From assembly GCA_030587475.2 (NCBI GenBank), contig JAUQYZ020000035.1, forward strand, positions 10,296-74,295: a stretch of 64,000 bases of DNA. Reading direction: 5' to 3'. The DNA comes from Candidatus Sigynarchaeum calidifontis (GTDB lineage Archaea; Asgardarchaeota; Lokiarchaeia; Sigyniarchaeales; Sigyniarchaeaceae). A program made the translations under genes and the position numbers. Positions 22,960 through 33,523 of this stretch are shown in pieces; position 1 is the first letter of the stretch; each line of letters opens with the position of its first letter. The notes under the pieces were generated by a model that did no database searches, was not told the origin of the DNA, and saw only the letters and a list, made by a program, of their open reading frames with translations.

Positions 22960-23241
22960 ATGGCACGTAGAACCAAAAAGGTGGGAATCACTGGACGTTT
23001 CGGAGCACGGTATGGAACGCTCGTCCGGTACCGAACCAAGAAGATCTTGTCGTACAAGACCGACATCCAGAAGTGCCCGAAATGCCAGAACCGCACGATC
23101 TCGCGGAAGTCGGTCGGTCTCTGGACTTGCAGGAAATGCGGTGCAACGTTCACGGGTGGCGCTTACACGCTTACGACTACCCAGGGTTTGCTCAGCGCGC
23201 GAGTAACGAAACGCAAGGAACGGGAAACGTCGGCGGCTTGA
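22960..23241 (+). CDS. rpl37ae: 50S ribosomal protein eL43 (L37ae)
   Basis: TKKVGITGRFGARYG, CPKC..WTCRKC..FTGGAY. Confidence 0.96.
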   Translation: MARRTKKVGITGRFGARYGTLVRYRTKKILSYKTDIQKCPKCQNRTISRKSVGLWTCRKCGATFTGGAYTLTTTQGLLSARVTKRKERETSAA

Positions 23242-23287
23242 TTTCCGGCCCCGTGGATCTCCATTTTCCCACCACGATGGGTGCGTT

Positions 23288-23599
23288 GTGTTGGAAAACT
23301 TGTGCGATTTTGTTTTCAGCATTCGTTTTTCCATCAAGGACGATCGGTTTGTAAAATCGATACCTGAGCTGCTCGGCTTGGAGTTTAAGGATCTCGGTAC
23401 TTCATCCGGGCGAATCCATGACGTGCAGGTCCTGGATGACGGGAAAGGTAACGTTATCATACAAGCACGGGCCAATGATATGGTGGGTTTTAAAATCGTG
23501 GCGAATTCTATCAACCGATACATCGAGATTATCGGAAAAGTCGTTGAAATGGTTCAAAAGGGGTCGAGTTTACCGAAGTCTTTAAGCAACAGATCATGA
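23288..23599 (+). CDS. KEOPS subunit Pcc1-like protein
   Basis: ARANDMVGFKIVANSINRYI resembles the Pcc1 A-x-D...NS-xx-R motif; sits in the usual position before prefoldin beta. Confidence 0.7.
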   Translation: MLENLCDFVFSIRFSIKDDRFVKSIPELLGLEFKDLGTSSGRIHDVQVLDDGKGNVIIQARANDMVGFKIVANSINRYIEIIGKVVEMVQKGSSLPKSLSNRS

Positions 23600-23615
23600 A
23601 AACACGGGATGCAAG

Positions 23616-23969
23616 ATGTCGCAAGAGTTACCTCCAGATCTCCAACAAAAGATCCGGAATTTCCAGGTTCTCCAGCAAAATTTACAAAGCTTGAACGAGC
23701 AAAAATATTCGCTTGAAGCCCAATTGAAGGAGATAATGTCCGCGAAGGAATACCTCGATAAGGCTCCCGCCGATGCGAAGATATTCAAATCAATTGGGGG
23801 CCTCATGGTGGAAGCAACGAAGGAAAAGGCGGCGGCCGATCTCAAGGAGAATGACGAGATCCTTTCAACCCGGGTTAAGAAGCTGGATATGACAATAGAG
23901 AAGACCAAGGCAAAATATGAAGAGATGAAGAACGACATCAACACATCTTTGAAAAACAGGATGGGATGA
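23616..23969 (+). CDS. pfdB: Prefoldin subunit beta
   Basis: ELPPDLQQ N-terminus, coiled coils flanking IFKSIGGLMV. Confidence 0.92.
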   Translation: MSQELPPDLQQKIRNFQVLQQNLQSLNEQKYSLEAQLKEIMSAKEYLDKAPADAKIFKSIGGLMVEATKEKAAADLKENDEILSTRVKKLDMTIEKTKAKYEEMKNDINTSLKNRMG

Positions 23970-24005
23970 GCTGGAGCCAGCCCGTCCGTATAGCATGGTG
24001 CTGGT

Positions 24006-25031
24006 ATGATCGTTCCTTCTATACTTCCATCCATCGATTCATTCTTGAAAGATTTTTTTCACTTGATTGCAGAGAGCCCGGAAATCGTTCTCATTTCCCA
24101 CGAGAACATGGATCCAGATGCCGTCGGATCAGTGGTCGGAATCATTGGATTGATCGAAGGGATAGCTCCTGAAAGGAGTTTAATAAAAATATTCCCCCCG
24201 TCTGTCTCGAAACTTTCCCGGAAATTGCTCGACACGTGGCAAATCGCTTTACCCTTCATTCAAGCATTGCCCGATTCAAATTTCCTCCCTATAATGCTCG
24301 ATACCCAGAATGTTACCACGGTAATCAAGGATACCAATTCCGGTGTCGATGCGATTCAAATGCGAAGTATTATCATCGATCACCACCAGAACCAAGGTTT
24401 GCCTTCACGGCTTTGCTTTATCGATAGTAGTGTTCAAGCAAACTGCGAAATCGTGGTCAACATGTACAAGGCACTTGGAAAACCGCTTGGTTTTCCCATC
24501 AATCGAGCCTTGTTGGCGGGTATCCTTTTTGATTCAAGCAATTTACGATATGCAAAAAATATCACCATACAAGCGGTCGCGTCATTACTTGATTCCGGCT
24601 TGGATATCGAGGATTTCAGGGGTTTGATGGTTGAAAACATGGATATCTCCGAGCGCATCGCCCGGTTAAAAGCTGGAATGCGTTGCAACTTGCTCCGCGT
24701 TGGTGACGTGATCATTGCCTCTAGTGCGGTCTCCACATTTGAGGCCAGCGCGTGCCGGGGACTGATCGGTCTCGGTGCCGATATTTCTATTGTTCTCGCG
24801 GAGAATAAGGGGGACGTGCGCATATCTGCTCGCCAGACGGGTGAATGCCATAAAGCTTACCGTATTAATCTTGCACATGTCATGCATTCAATATCGGGAA
24901 CGATCGGTGGCACGGGGGGTGGCCACGAGCTCGCAGCCGCAGCAAGTGGTTCGAAAAATGGCGAGACTGGCTTGAAAGAAGCCATAAAAGCAATTGAGGA
25001 CATTATTAACGCGGGCACGCGCTCGCAATGA
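24006..25031 (+). CDS. DHH-family phosphoesterase
   Basis: HENMDPDA, IIDHH, GILFDS, GGGHELAAA motifs. Confidence 0.9.
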   Translation: MIVPSILPSIDSFLKDFFHLIAESPEIVLISHENMDPDAVGSVVGIIGLIEGIAPERSLIKIFPPSVSKLSRKLLDTWQIALPFIQALPDSNFLPIMLDTQNVTTVIKDTNSGVDAIQMRSIIIDHHQNQGLPSRLCFIDSSVQANCEIVVNMYKALGKPLGFPINRALLAGILFDSSNLRYAKNITIQAVASLLDSGLDIEDFRGLMVENMDISERIARLKAGMRCNLLRVGDVIIASSAVSTFEASACRGLIGLGADISIVLAENKGDVRISARQTGECHKAYRINLAHVMHSISGTIGGTGGGHELAAAASGSKNGETGLKEAIKAIEDIINAGTRSQ

Positions 25032-25044
25032 GGCCTGGATCCCC

Positions 25045-25896
25045 TTGGTAGAACACCCCATTATCGAAATCAACGATGTCACATTCACGTACCAGAACAT
25101 GAATGATCAACCCATCCTGAACAAGGTTAACTTGCATTTTTTTCCAGGAACAGTTACTATCATCTGCGGGCCAACGGGAAGCGGCAAGACCACGCTCGTG
25201 CGACTGCTCAACGGACTCATTCCCCATTTCTACGAAGGCATCATGAAAGGAAATGTCCTCGTCGACGGGATCAACACCAAGGACACATCAACGGCCAAGC
25301 TTGCTCAAATCGTGGGCATGGTGTTTCAAAATCCGGAAAACCAGCTCGTTTCATCATCATGTGAGCGAGAGATTGCTTTTGGGCCTGAAAACCTTGGGAT
25401 CCCGCGGTCTGAAATCAGCGAGCGCGTCGAGTACGTAATCCAACTGCTTGGTTTGCAAGAAATCCGCGATAATTCCCCGAACGAGTTATCTGGCGGTCAA
25501 AAGCAGAAGGTTGCAATAGCTGCAGCGCTAGCATTGAAGCCGAAGGTGCTGGTGTTCGATGAGCCAACATCAAACCTCGATCCCGAGTCAATCTCAAAGC
25601 TCGGCGGGATTATCGAAATGATCAAGACGCAGCTCAACTCGACGATCATCATCGTGGAGCACCGGTTAGAACCGTTCTTGAACATTGCCACGCACATTGC
25701 TTGCATGAAAGATGGAACTGTAATTCTATATGATACGACGGATAATGTCGTCCATAATAATGCTTTTTACCAGTTAGGCGTGCAAGTACCGGTCTTGTTG
25801 AAAATATTTCACCAATTATATAATGATGGCATTTATTCAGGCTCATTTCCACTTTGCACAGAAAAAAGCTTATCCGTTTTGAGAGAGCTCTTGTGA
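25045..25896 (+). CDS. ECF transporter ATPase EcfA1
   Basis: GPTGSGKT, FQNPENQ, LSGGQKQ, DEPT, EH; TTG start at 25045 inferred (ORF extends to 24994). Confidence 0.9.
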   Translation: MVEHPIIEINDVTFTYQNMNDQPILNKVNLHFFPGTVTIICGPTGSGKTTLVRLLNGLIPHFYEGIMKGNVLVDGINTKDTSTAKLAQIVGMVFQNPENQLVSSSCEREIAFGPENLGIPRSEISERVEYVIQLLGLQEIRDNSPNELSGGQKQKVAIAAALALKPKVLVFDEPTSNLDPESISKLGGIIEMIKTQLNSTIIIVEHRLEPFLNIATHIACMKDGTVILYDTTDNVVHNNAFYQLGVQVPVLLKIFHQLYNDGIYSGSFPLCTEKSLSVLRELL

Positions 25897-25912
25897 TGGA
25901 AGTGATAAACAC

Positions 25913-26755
25913 GTGATCGAGTTCCAATCGGTTTCCTATCAGTACCCGGATGGGCCGGTGGCGCTGCACGACGTGAACATCCGTATCGATGATGGATCTT
26001 TTGTTGCCGTGCTCGGTGAGAACGGGGCAGGAAAGACCACGTTCGTAAAATGCATCAACGGGCTACTCAAACCAACTACGGGCGAAGTCTTGGTTGATGG
26101 AATGTCGACTAAAAACGCAAGTGTGGCTCAAATGGCAAAGAAAGTTGGTCTCGTGTTTCAGAACTCGGACAACCAGCTTTTTGCAACTTCCGTGAAGGAG
26201 GAACTGGATTTTTCCCTTCGGAATGTTGGTATCATGGAAAAAGATCGGTCTTCCATCATCGAAAAAACCCTAGCGACCATGAACCTCTTGCACTTAAAGG
26301 AAAAGTCCCCGTTCTTGCTCAGTGGTGGAGAGCGGAAGCGAGTCGCGTTTGCATCGCTTATATGCATGGATCAGCAAGTTTTCATTGCAGATGAACCGAC
26401 GCAAGGGCAAGATGAAATCCAGCGAGAGAACATCGAACAAATCTTGCGCCGTATGCAAGAGCAGAAAAAAACCGTCATTATAATTACACACGATCTGGAT
26501 TTCATCACCCGTCTTGCCGATCGCGTGGTAATATTCGAAAAAGGCCGGATCAGTCTTGATGGTCCGGTCGAGGACGTTTTCAAATTTCCTGCAATTTTAA
26601 AGCTCGTTCACTTGCAACCGACGCAAGAACTCGCGTTAAAATGGATGTTAAAGGAAAAGGATCCAGAAATCCAGATGCTATGCAAGATGGATCAAAAGAC
26701 ATTAATTTCGACAATCGTTGAAAAAATAAAAGCGAGACGAGAGCATGTCCATTAA
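25913..26755 (+). CDS. ECF transporter ATPase EcfA2
   Basis: GENGAGKT, FQNSDNQLF, LSGGERKRVA, DEPT, TH. Confidence 0.9.
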   Translation: MIEFQSVSYQYPDGPVALHDVNIRIDDGSFVAVLGENGAGKTTFVKCINGLLKPTTGEVLVDGMSTKNASVAQMAKKVGLVFQNSDNQLFATSVKEELDFSLRNVGIMEKDRSSIIEKTLATMNLLHLKEKSPFLLSGGERKRVAFASLICMDQQVFIADEPTQGQDEIQRENIEQILRRMQEQKKTVIIITHDLDFITRLADRVVIFEKGRISLDGPVEDVFKFPAILKLVHLQPTQELALKWMLKEKDPEIQMLCKMDQKTLISTIVEKIKARREHVH

Positions 26756-27524
26756 TTTATTGAAAGGTTTCGAGTTCAAGAAAAAAGATACCTTCGTGCA
26801 TCGTCTTGACCCGCGGTCGAAGCTGGTCATCACGATAACCTACTCGATTCTGGCCCTGAGCTTTTCTACCATTCTCCCCCTCGCGTTTTTCATTGCAACC
26901 CTCCTTCCCATCCTCGCGGGAGGGAAAATTGTTCGGAGATGGCTCGTCTCCTTGAAAGGACTCTCTTTCATCATAATCTTCATTATCGTGCTCAATACAT
27001 TACTCACCACGCTTGATTTTGCCATATCCATGTGCCTTCGCATCATCCTCCTCGTCTCCTCCTTTTCTGTCTTTTTCATGACCGTCCATCCTGACGAGCT
27101 CGCGTTGAGTTTGCTTGCCATGAAAGTGCCCTTCTCGTTCACATTCACGCTATCGCTCGCCACCAGGTTTGTTCCAACGCTCGCGGCAGAGGCCCAAAAC
27201 ATCATCGACGCGCAGCGAAGCCGTGGCTTGGAGCTTGAAAAGGGCAATTTACTTGTCCGGGTGAAAAACATGGTGCCGATTCTCATCCCCTTGATCATCA
27301 ACTCTATAAAGCGAGCGTTTTCGATCGCCGAGGCACTGGAGAGCAAGGCATTCGGAGCCATGAAAACACGCACCAATTATTATGAACTCAAGATGCGGAA
27401 ATGGGACTACGCGGTCATAGTTATCATGATACTGTTTATCGTGGGGTTTTTCGTGCTTTATTTCGGGAATTACTTGCCTGGCGTGTTCTACTTCACGCTG
27501 CGCGTGATATTGCCGAACTTGTGA
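26745..27524 (+). CDS. ECF transporter transmembrane subunit EcfT
   Basis: HRLDPRSK, AQRSRG, ALESKAF coupling helices. Confidence 0.92.
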   Translation: MSINLLKGFEFKKKDTFVHRLDPRSKLVITITYSILALSFSTILPLAFFIATLLPILAGGKIVRRWLVSLKGLSFIIIFIIVLNTLLTTLDFAISMCLRIILLVSSFSVFFMTVHPDELALSLLAMKVPFSFTFTLSLATRFVPTLAAEAQNIIDAQRSRGLELEKGNLLVRVKNMVPILIPLIINSIKRAFSIAEALESKAFGAMKTRTNYYELKMRKWDYAVIVIMILFIVGFFVLYFGNYLPGVFYFTLRVILPNL

Positions 27525-27682
27525 GGAAACGAAGGCACGAAACGATTGCCAAGGTGGAAAGCTCCGGTCCTTGTCCAATTGATTGCTTGTCATCGACAAG
27601 CCTCAGCTCGGCATTATCTTGCCTTGACGTCTTAACACATCCGACTAGAAATAACGATGAACGATAAAAAAGTAAGAAGATT

Positions 27683-28492
27683 TTAGATATACAAGACCTT
27701 TTCCTTTTCTTCCTTGGTATTAAAGGTCTGTATGGCGTCGAGTTCAGTTTCGAGTTCCTTGCGCTTCTTTTCGAGGCTCTTGCTCATGTTTTCGACGTTT
27801 CTCCTCGAGAAATCGATGTTCAAGGAAAAATTGAACAATGAGTCGAGCACCTTGATTAATTTCATCGACGCGTTTAGATCGGTCATGTTTTCATTGACCA
27901 AGGCCATGTTGCTCGTTTCCGAGAGCAAAACGATGCCATCGACACCATATTTAATCGAAGCTATGGATGGTATCAATCCATTTGCACCAATAATGACTCC
28001 TTTTGAAATTTCATGACAAATTCTTTTTTCGACCAATTTTTTAACATATTTTGCGGTCGTGGCCGTCACGAAAATTTTAGGATCGCTAATGTGATTGGAT
28101 TGAACCGGATACCCTCCAAGCGAAACAATAAACTTGATATTAAACCGCATGAGCAGCTGGACCACGTGATCCGAGAGCTCGTAAATTTCTCTTGGATTCA
28201 TCGGTTGCGCGTCGGCCGTGATGAAAAAAAGATCGTGCTGCTTGTTTTCATCCTTCCAGAAGAACACTTCCGTCTTTGGCGTCGAAATGAGGCTCTGATC
28301 GATAATTACACCTGCTGGATAACCGTAGAACAATATATCGTACACTTTCGTAGCTCCAAAAAGGCCAATTAGCTGATCTATTGCGAACTTGCCGATATCG
28401 GCCACTCCAGGCATGCCAATGATGGCAACGGGATCGTGCAAGTCGGAACGCGATTCGATCTTTGAAACGACAATGTCTTGGATTGGTTTCAT
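27683..28492 (-). CDS. PAC2-family proteasome assembly chaperone
   Basis: GMPGVADIGK, ADAQP, SLGGY, IIGANGL, LLSET motifs; GGAG SD before ATG 28492. Confidence 0.85.
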   Translation of the reverse strand: MKPIQDIVVSKIESRSDLHDPVAIIGMPGVADIGKFAIDQLIGLFGATKVYDILFYGYPAGVIIDQSLISTPKTEVFFWKDENKQHDLFFITADAQPMNPREIYELSDHVVQLLMRFNIKFIVSLGGYPVQSNHISDPKIFVTATTAKYVKKLVEKRICHEISKGVIIGANGLIPSIASIKYGVDGIVLLSETSNMALVNENMTDLNASMKLIKVLDSLFNFSLNIDFSRRNVENMSKSLEKKRKELETELDAIQTFNTKEEKEKVLYI

Positions 28493-28740
28493 GTGGCTGT
28501 CTCCGTGTTGGATTTCAGTATCCTTTTCCATAATCGAGATATTAAGCCAAGGTATGATGGAAGAAATGTTTGTACCGGCTTCCAAGGATTCCCTGGATAT
28601 GCCCGTGGGAATATCACGACGAAAGACTGGCGGATATATTCTTTGCCGAGTTTATTGGAGAATGGCCATTATGGATTTGAGGTAAGAGAAGATTAATGCA
28701 ATGAGCTCTTAAGGGACGTGTAAAAGGCGTGTTATTTTTC

Positions 28741-29361
28741 ATGAAAGGTGCCACTGAAACCGTGGAATTCAATTGCTTGCGATGTGGATCTTGCTGTCAT
28801 GAATATGAATTTGCCGACGGGATGAATTTCAAGAGGATTCCCGTGTTTCCAGAGGAATTGGATGAATTGGAGGTATTTGCCAAGGATAATGGAATATTGA
28901 TCAAATTTCTTGAAGATGTCGTCTTTCCTGACATTAAAAACAAAAGGATCATCGTGGTGACTTACAGGATCGTCCTCGAGGGCAGTGAAAAGTGTTGTCC
29001 TTTTTTTCAGGCATCTAGAGGCTGTTTGGTGAACGAGATAAAGCCACTTGCTTGTAAGGCATACCCCCTTGCCCAAAAGAAGATTGATGCCTATACGCAG
29101 GAGATGTACATCGACCCCTATTGCCGGTTCATCGAGGGCAACGAGATACAAGTTAAAAATGCGGCGATTGAAAACATTAAAAGCTTATTTGCTTCGGAAC
29201 TTGATTTTTCGGCTCGGTTGATGAAGAAAAACCAAGAAATCATTTTAAAACTTAAGCAATTAACCGTTGAAGGCAAGATTCTCATCCCTGAAAAAGTCTC
29301 CACGAATGATATGGATATTTGGCTCCGCACTTGGGATCGAGCATACATCAAAGATTATTAG
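28741..29361 (+). CDS. YkgJ-family (CxxCxxCC) cysteine-cluster protein
   Basis: CLRCGSCC, CPFF, CLV..KPLACKAYP. Confidence 0.88.
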   Translation: MKGATETVEFNCLRCGSCCHEYEFADGMNFKRIPVFPEELDELEVFAKDNGILIKFLEDVVFPDIKNKRIIVVTYRIVLEGSEKCCPFFQASRGCLVNEIKPLACKAYPLAQKKIDAYTQEMYIDPYCRFIEGNEIQVKNAAIENIKSLFASELDFSARLMKKNQEIILKLKQLTVEGKILIPEKVSTNDMDIWLRTWDRAYIKDY

Positions 29362-29382
29362 GTCAAACGAGCATTATTTTGT

Positions 29383-30642
29383 TCATATGCTTGCCAGCGC
29401 ATCACTTGGTTCGATGTTTTGGAGCATCACTGCTTCGCAAAAACTTTCAAGCGCCGGGGCAAGACGCAGCGAGAACTCGGACAGTTCTTCCCGATCAATA
29501 AAAAAAAACTTGAAAATCCTTTTAGTGATATATCGTTTCAAGAGCGAATAAAGTCCATCGACAGAAAGCTCGTGGATGATTGCGAAGATCCTGGTACCGT
29601 CATCGAAAATCGAGTTTCGTGAATCAAGGAATTTGCCGTCATTGCCTTCCCGATCAACCATGGCCTGGAAAGCGTAGATAGATGCATCATCTATAACCCC
29701 TTGGGAAAGGGGTATGATGGATCCATGATGGTCATCATTCAAGCTTTCCGAGACACTGACAATCCTTGCATCATTTTTTTTCGAAGAATTCTCCGCGACA
29801 ATCTCACCTTTGGATATAAACATGTTCGTGGCTTTTTTTTCTAAAACAAGATACTTCGAGAAGAAATCCAAAGCGTCCACCGCGACATAGCTTCCTTGAC
29901 CTTTAATCATCCGTTTGATGAACAGCTTTACGATATCCTTCTTCTGTACCTGGCTTTCTTTCAGTATCACGTTGAATTCATTTGTCTCTGTTAACCTATC
30001 ATAAATTTCATTAAAAAAGTAAATTTTCTTTTCAGCAAAAGTAAAAAAGGCATCGATATAAGCTTGTTTGTTTTCATATTTAAACAAAAGATTTATATCG
30101 GCATTTAACTTCATCTTTAAAGCGAGATCATCAATGAGCTTGAAAAAATTTGGAAATATTTGGAGATTATGTAAGTTGATTTCAAAAAAGGCGATATTTT
30201 GCAAAATTTCCTTCGATGAAGGGTCATACAAACAAATCCGATTCTTGGTCATCTTGATTAAAAAATTGTTGATTCCATAGAAAGGCAAGAAATATAGATC
30301 TTTATATGGATTTAATATCCAATTGACCACGTCTCCTAGTTTTGAATCAATTTCGTGGAATGCAGATTCTACATTATCGATCTTATAAAAATTGCCATTC
30401 CACCTAGCATTAACCGAAAATAAATGGATTTTTTCTTTTCCATCATAATGAATATTCAAGCAAAAATACAAATCGTGTAAAAGAACTATCTTTTCATTTA
30501 TTATTTGAATAATTTTATTTATACTTGACATGTCATTAATTTTATATATCTTGAGAAACATAAAATCGTCTTTTTCATGATACACGAAGACATCCTTGAG
30601 GAGATCGACTTTGAATGGGTTTAATTTCATAATGCAAATCAC
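29383..30642 (-). CDS. Hypothetical protein (AT-rich orphan)
   Basis: 419-aa open frame in AT-rich DNA; no motif recognised. Confidence 0.65.
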   Translation of the reverse strand: MICIMKLNPFKVDLLKDVFVYHEKDDFMFLKIYKINDMSSINKIIQIINEKIVLLHDLYFCLNIHYDGKEKIHLFSVNARWNGNFYKIDNVESAFHEIDSKLGDVVNWILNPYKDLYFLPFYGINNFLIKMTKNRICLYDPSSKEILQNIAFFEINLHNLQIFPNFFKLIDDLALKMKLNADINLLFKYENKQAYIDAFFTFAEKKIYFFNEIYDRLTETNEFNVILKESQVQKKDIVKLFIKRMIKGQGSYVAVDALDFFSKYLVLEKKATNMFISKGEIVAENSSKKNDARIVSVSESLNDDHHGSIIPLSQGVIDDASIYAFQAMVDREGNDGKFLDSRNSIFDDGTRIFAIIHELSVDGLYSLLKRYITKRIFKFFFIDREELSEFSLRLAPALESFCEAVMLQNIEPSDALASI

Positions 30643-30772
30643 GTTCGCGATTCAACTTTTCTGGTTTGCGAAGATTTTTATCATCCGATTTTTTTTGTAA
30701 GCCCCTTCTGAAGCCCCAAGTCTCGACTGAAAAGTTATTATGATGCCGCGCGATTATTTTGATTGTCTAAAT

Positions 30773-30849
30773 GGGGTTATGGTCTAGACTGGTATGATTC
30801 CTGGTTCGGGACCAGGCGATCCCGAGTTCAAATCTCGGTAACCCCACCA
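30773..30849 (+). tRNA. tRNA-Pro(CGG) with encoded CCA
   Basis: Acceptor stem GGGGTTA/TAACCCC; anticodon arm CCTGG-TTCGGGA-CCAGG; TTCAAAT T-loop; ACCA end. Confidence 0.96.
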
Positions 30850-31052
30850 TGTTTTTTTTTCTGGCAATGAGAGTGATATGAAGGGATCAAACGTCAAATA
30901 TTTTCGGTTTTTACGAGCAAGACATTTGAATTTTTTATTGGCCGGTTCCCACCATTACCATGATCTTGATATCCGCTTGTGCCGGGTAATTCATATAATA
31001 CATTGATTTACTTGAGAACTAGAGAAGATCAGATCAACTAGGATGCATAAAT

Positions 31053-32867
31053 ATGGCTCACGATAAAGCATGGATCGGATATTATGATGATTCCACGGGA
31101 AATCGTTTCGAAATAGATCCCAATTTACTTGTAAAACATGGTGGTATTTTCGGTTCCACTGGTTCTGGAAAGACCGTTCTCGGAAAGATACTCATTGAGG
31201 AAATGGCCCTGCAGAAAGTTCCGTCAATCGTTATCGACCCTCAAGGGGATTTAGCGAGCCTTATTATTCCAAATGATGATGAGACACTCAAGGAGAAGGG
31301 CGTGGATCTGGACCGGAAAGAAGAGTTCTTTGCAACGACGGAGATCCGAGTTTTTACTCCGAGCAGTAACAAGGGTATACCGATATCCCTCAATCCCGTG
31401 ATTTTTCCCCAATTCAACATCGACGAGGTCGAGGTCGTGCGCATCCTCGATAACGTAGCCAACACTCTCGTGGAACTCCTTGTTAAGCTTGTTAAATACC
31501 CACCAGCAAAGGTAATTCAATCAAAATCTGTCATATATACCATTCTCCTCGAAAATTGGAATCGGAAAAAAACGGTCGGCGATCTAAAGCATCTTTCAAG
31601 CCTTATGCAAGAAGATGACGATTTATACCAAAAATTTATGAACAAGAGTGAAAAGGACAAGCTCGTTATCGCGATGAACAATTTGCTCATCGGTTCGACT
31701 GGATTGCTCTTCTCCGGGCAAGCAAAACTGGATATCGGAAGCTTGCTTGAACCGAAGGATGATAAAACGCCCGTGAATGTTTTTTTCTTGAAATCCTTGC
31801 TGAACGAGAATGAAAAGCACTTATTCGTTTCTATCTTGATCCAAGCCTTATATTCTTGGATGATCCAGCAAGGATCCTCGCCAACGGCTCGATGCTTTTT
31901 CTACATGGACGAGATGGCACCTTTTATGCCTGCAGGTATGAGCGCACCGCCTGGCAAAGCAATGTTACTCTTGCTCCTCCGGCAGGCGCGAAAATATGGG
32001 ATTTCTTGCGTGCTTGCATCCCAAAGCCCGAAGGACATCGACTATCACGGCCTTGACCAAATCAACTCGTTTTTTTTCGGGCGCATCTTGTCTGACCAAT
32101 CCCAGCGAGTAATCAAGAATTTACTGGACACGAAGATGAACCCGGATCGAGTCGACGATATCCTGGGCAAGATCACGACGCTGACAACAGGCCAGTTCAT
32201 TGGTTTCTTGCCAGATATGAAAGAACAGCCTACCCCTCAATTCAGGACCCGTTACTTGTTTTCTAAACATAACACGCTAACGGAGGCAGATTTAAAAAAG
32301 ATTTTTCACCCGGACGTCCCAGAAGATGATATACCAGTGGATTCGGGTGTAATAACGAAAGTTCAGTCTGAAGGGGAAATTCAAATCGAAGCTCAAGAAG
32401 GCCCGAGCATTATCAGCATATCTAGCTCATCGGAGGGAAGTGACACGGCGACTATCCCAAGCAGTACGACGGCGCCGGGATATTACCGGTTCAAGCAGCT
32501 TAAAGAAAAAGCTATGGAAGACCTTCTGGAAAGAACGATCGAATATGATTTTTTTGAAAAAATAACCAGCACGATAAAAATCCGGAAGTTCATAAATTTG
32601 ACGAATTATAGCCCCGCGATGATTGGATACGTTAAAAAAATGATGGCCAAGTTTGAATACGAGTCGATATTCGAGGGAACATCGCCGAACGGGTTGCTCG
32701 TGAACATCTTCCAGCATGACAACGCCAATATCATCGTTGCCATTATCATTGCGGAAAATGTAATTAAAGTAGGTCTCTTTGGCACATTTACGAGCAATCA
32801 GCTCAAAGGCGATATCGAAAAATTGCTTGATGGTATTTCAGAGATATGTAAGAAAATAATTGTATAA
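31053..32867 (+). CDS. HerA/FtsK-superfamily (DUF87-like) ATPase with C-terminal extension
   Basis: HGGIFGSTGSGKT, IDPQGD, YMDE, RQARKYG, ASQSPKD motifs. Confidence 0.88.
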   Translation: MAHDKAWIGYYDDSTGNRFEIDPNLLVKHGGIFGSTGSGKTVLGKILIEEMALQKVPSIVIDPQGDLASLIIPNDDETLKEKGVDLDRKEEFFATTEIRVFTPSSNKGIPISLNPVIFPQFNIDEVEVVRILDNVANTLVELLVKLVKYPPAKVIQSKSVIYTILLENWNRKKTVGDLKHLSSLMQEDDDLYQKFMNKSEKDKLVIAMNNLLIGSTGLLFSGQAKLDIGSLLEPKDDKTPVNVFFLKSLLNENEKHLFVSILIQALYSWMIQQGSSPTARCFFYMDEMAPFMPAGMSAPPGKAMLLLLLRQARKYGISCVLASQSPKDIDYHGLDQINSFFFGRILSDQSQRVIKNLLDTKMNPDRVDDILGKITTLTTGQFIGFLPDMKEQPTPQFRTRYLFSKHNTLTEADLKKIFHPDVPEDDIPVDSGVITKVQSEGEIQIEAQEGPSIISISSSSEGSDTATIPSSTTAPGYYRFKQLKEKAMEDLLERTIEYDFFEKITSTIKIRKFINLTNYSPAMIGYVKKMMAKFEYESIFEGTSPNGLLVNIFQHDNANIIVAIIIAENVIKVGLFGTFTSNQLKGDIEKLLDGISEICKKIIV

Positions 32868-32895
32868 GCTTTTTTTTCATTCGGTTGTGCTCGGC

Positions 32896-33366
32896 TCAAG
32901 AGAATTGGAATTTAAAATCTTGATTGCACATGATCTTAAAAAAGGATGTTATTTCATCGAAAAACATCTTGAACTTTCGGAAGAATTCTGGTTTCCTTTC
33001 GGTGTTTACCTTTACATGCACGTGCACGTACCTACCATCTGTTGTCGTCTTTATGTGCTCTATCAAGTCTGTGTCAAATATTGCTGAGAGCATTTTAATG
33101 AGGCCATCGTCAATGGGAATGAAAAACGTGATCTTTTCCAGAATCAAGCCAAGAACGACTTTTAATTCCGTTTTATGCGGCAACCGGTCATAATCTCGAG
33201 ATGTCAATAAGATAAAGACGGTTTTCGTTAGAAGAACGAGATCATAGATGTCCATTTTCAGTGCGTTCTGCAAATAATTGTACATTAACAGCTTTTGGTT
33301 ATCAAAACGTCGTATCGCTTGGATGTATACCTTTGTTGGATTCAATTCCCCTGGATATCCGGCCAT
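32896..33366 (-). CDS. Hypothetical protein
   Basis: 156-aa ORF with GGGGG SD-like site, convergent with the ATPase. Confidence 0.6.
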   Translation of the reverse strand: MAGYPGELNPTKVYIQAIRRFDNQKLLMYNYLQNALKMDIYDLVLLTKTVFILLTSRDYDRLPHKTELKVVLGLILEKITFFIPIDDGLIKMLSAIFDTDLIEHIKTTTDGRYVHVHVKVNTERKPEFFRKFKMFFDEITSFFKIMCNQDFKFQFS

Positions 33367-33523
33367 ACCCCCCTATCGATTTCAAGTATTTATACAACCT
33401 CGTTAATAATGGCTCTGACTCCACCTTCCATCCACGTCGTGGTCTTGGCAAATAAATCGATAGATATAAATCAATCAAGCCTTTCAATCACCAAGAACCA
33501 GAAATCTAGGTGAAATTGATTCA

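Noticed and set aside
29383-33366. Integrated mobile element at tRNA-Pro
   Set aside because: No integrase or transposase, and I found no duplicated tRNA 3' end (att site) by eye
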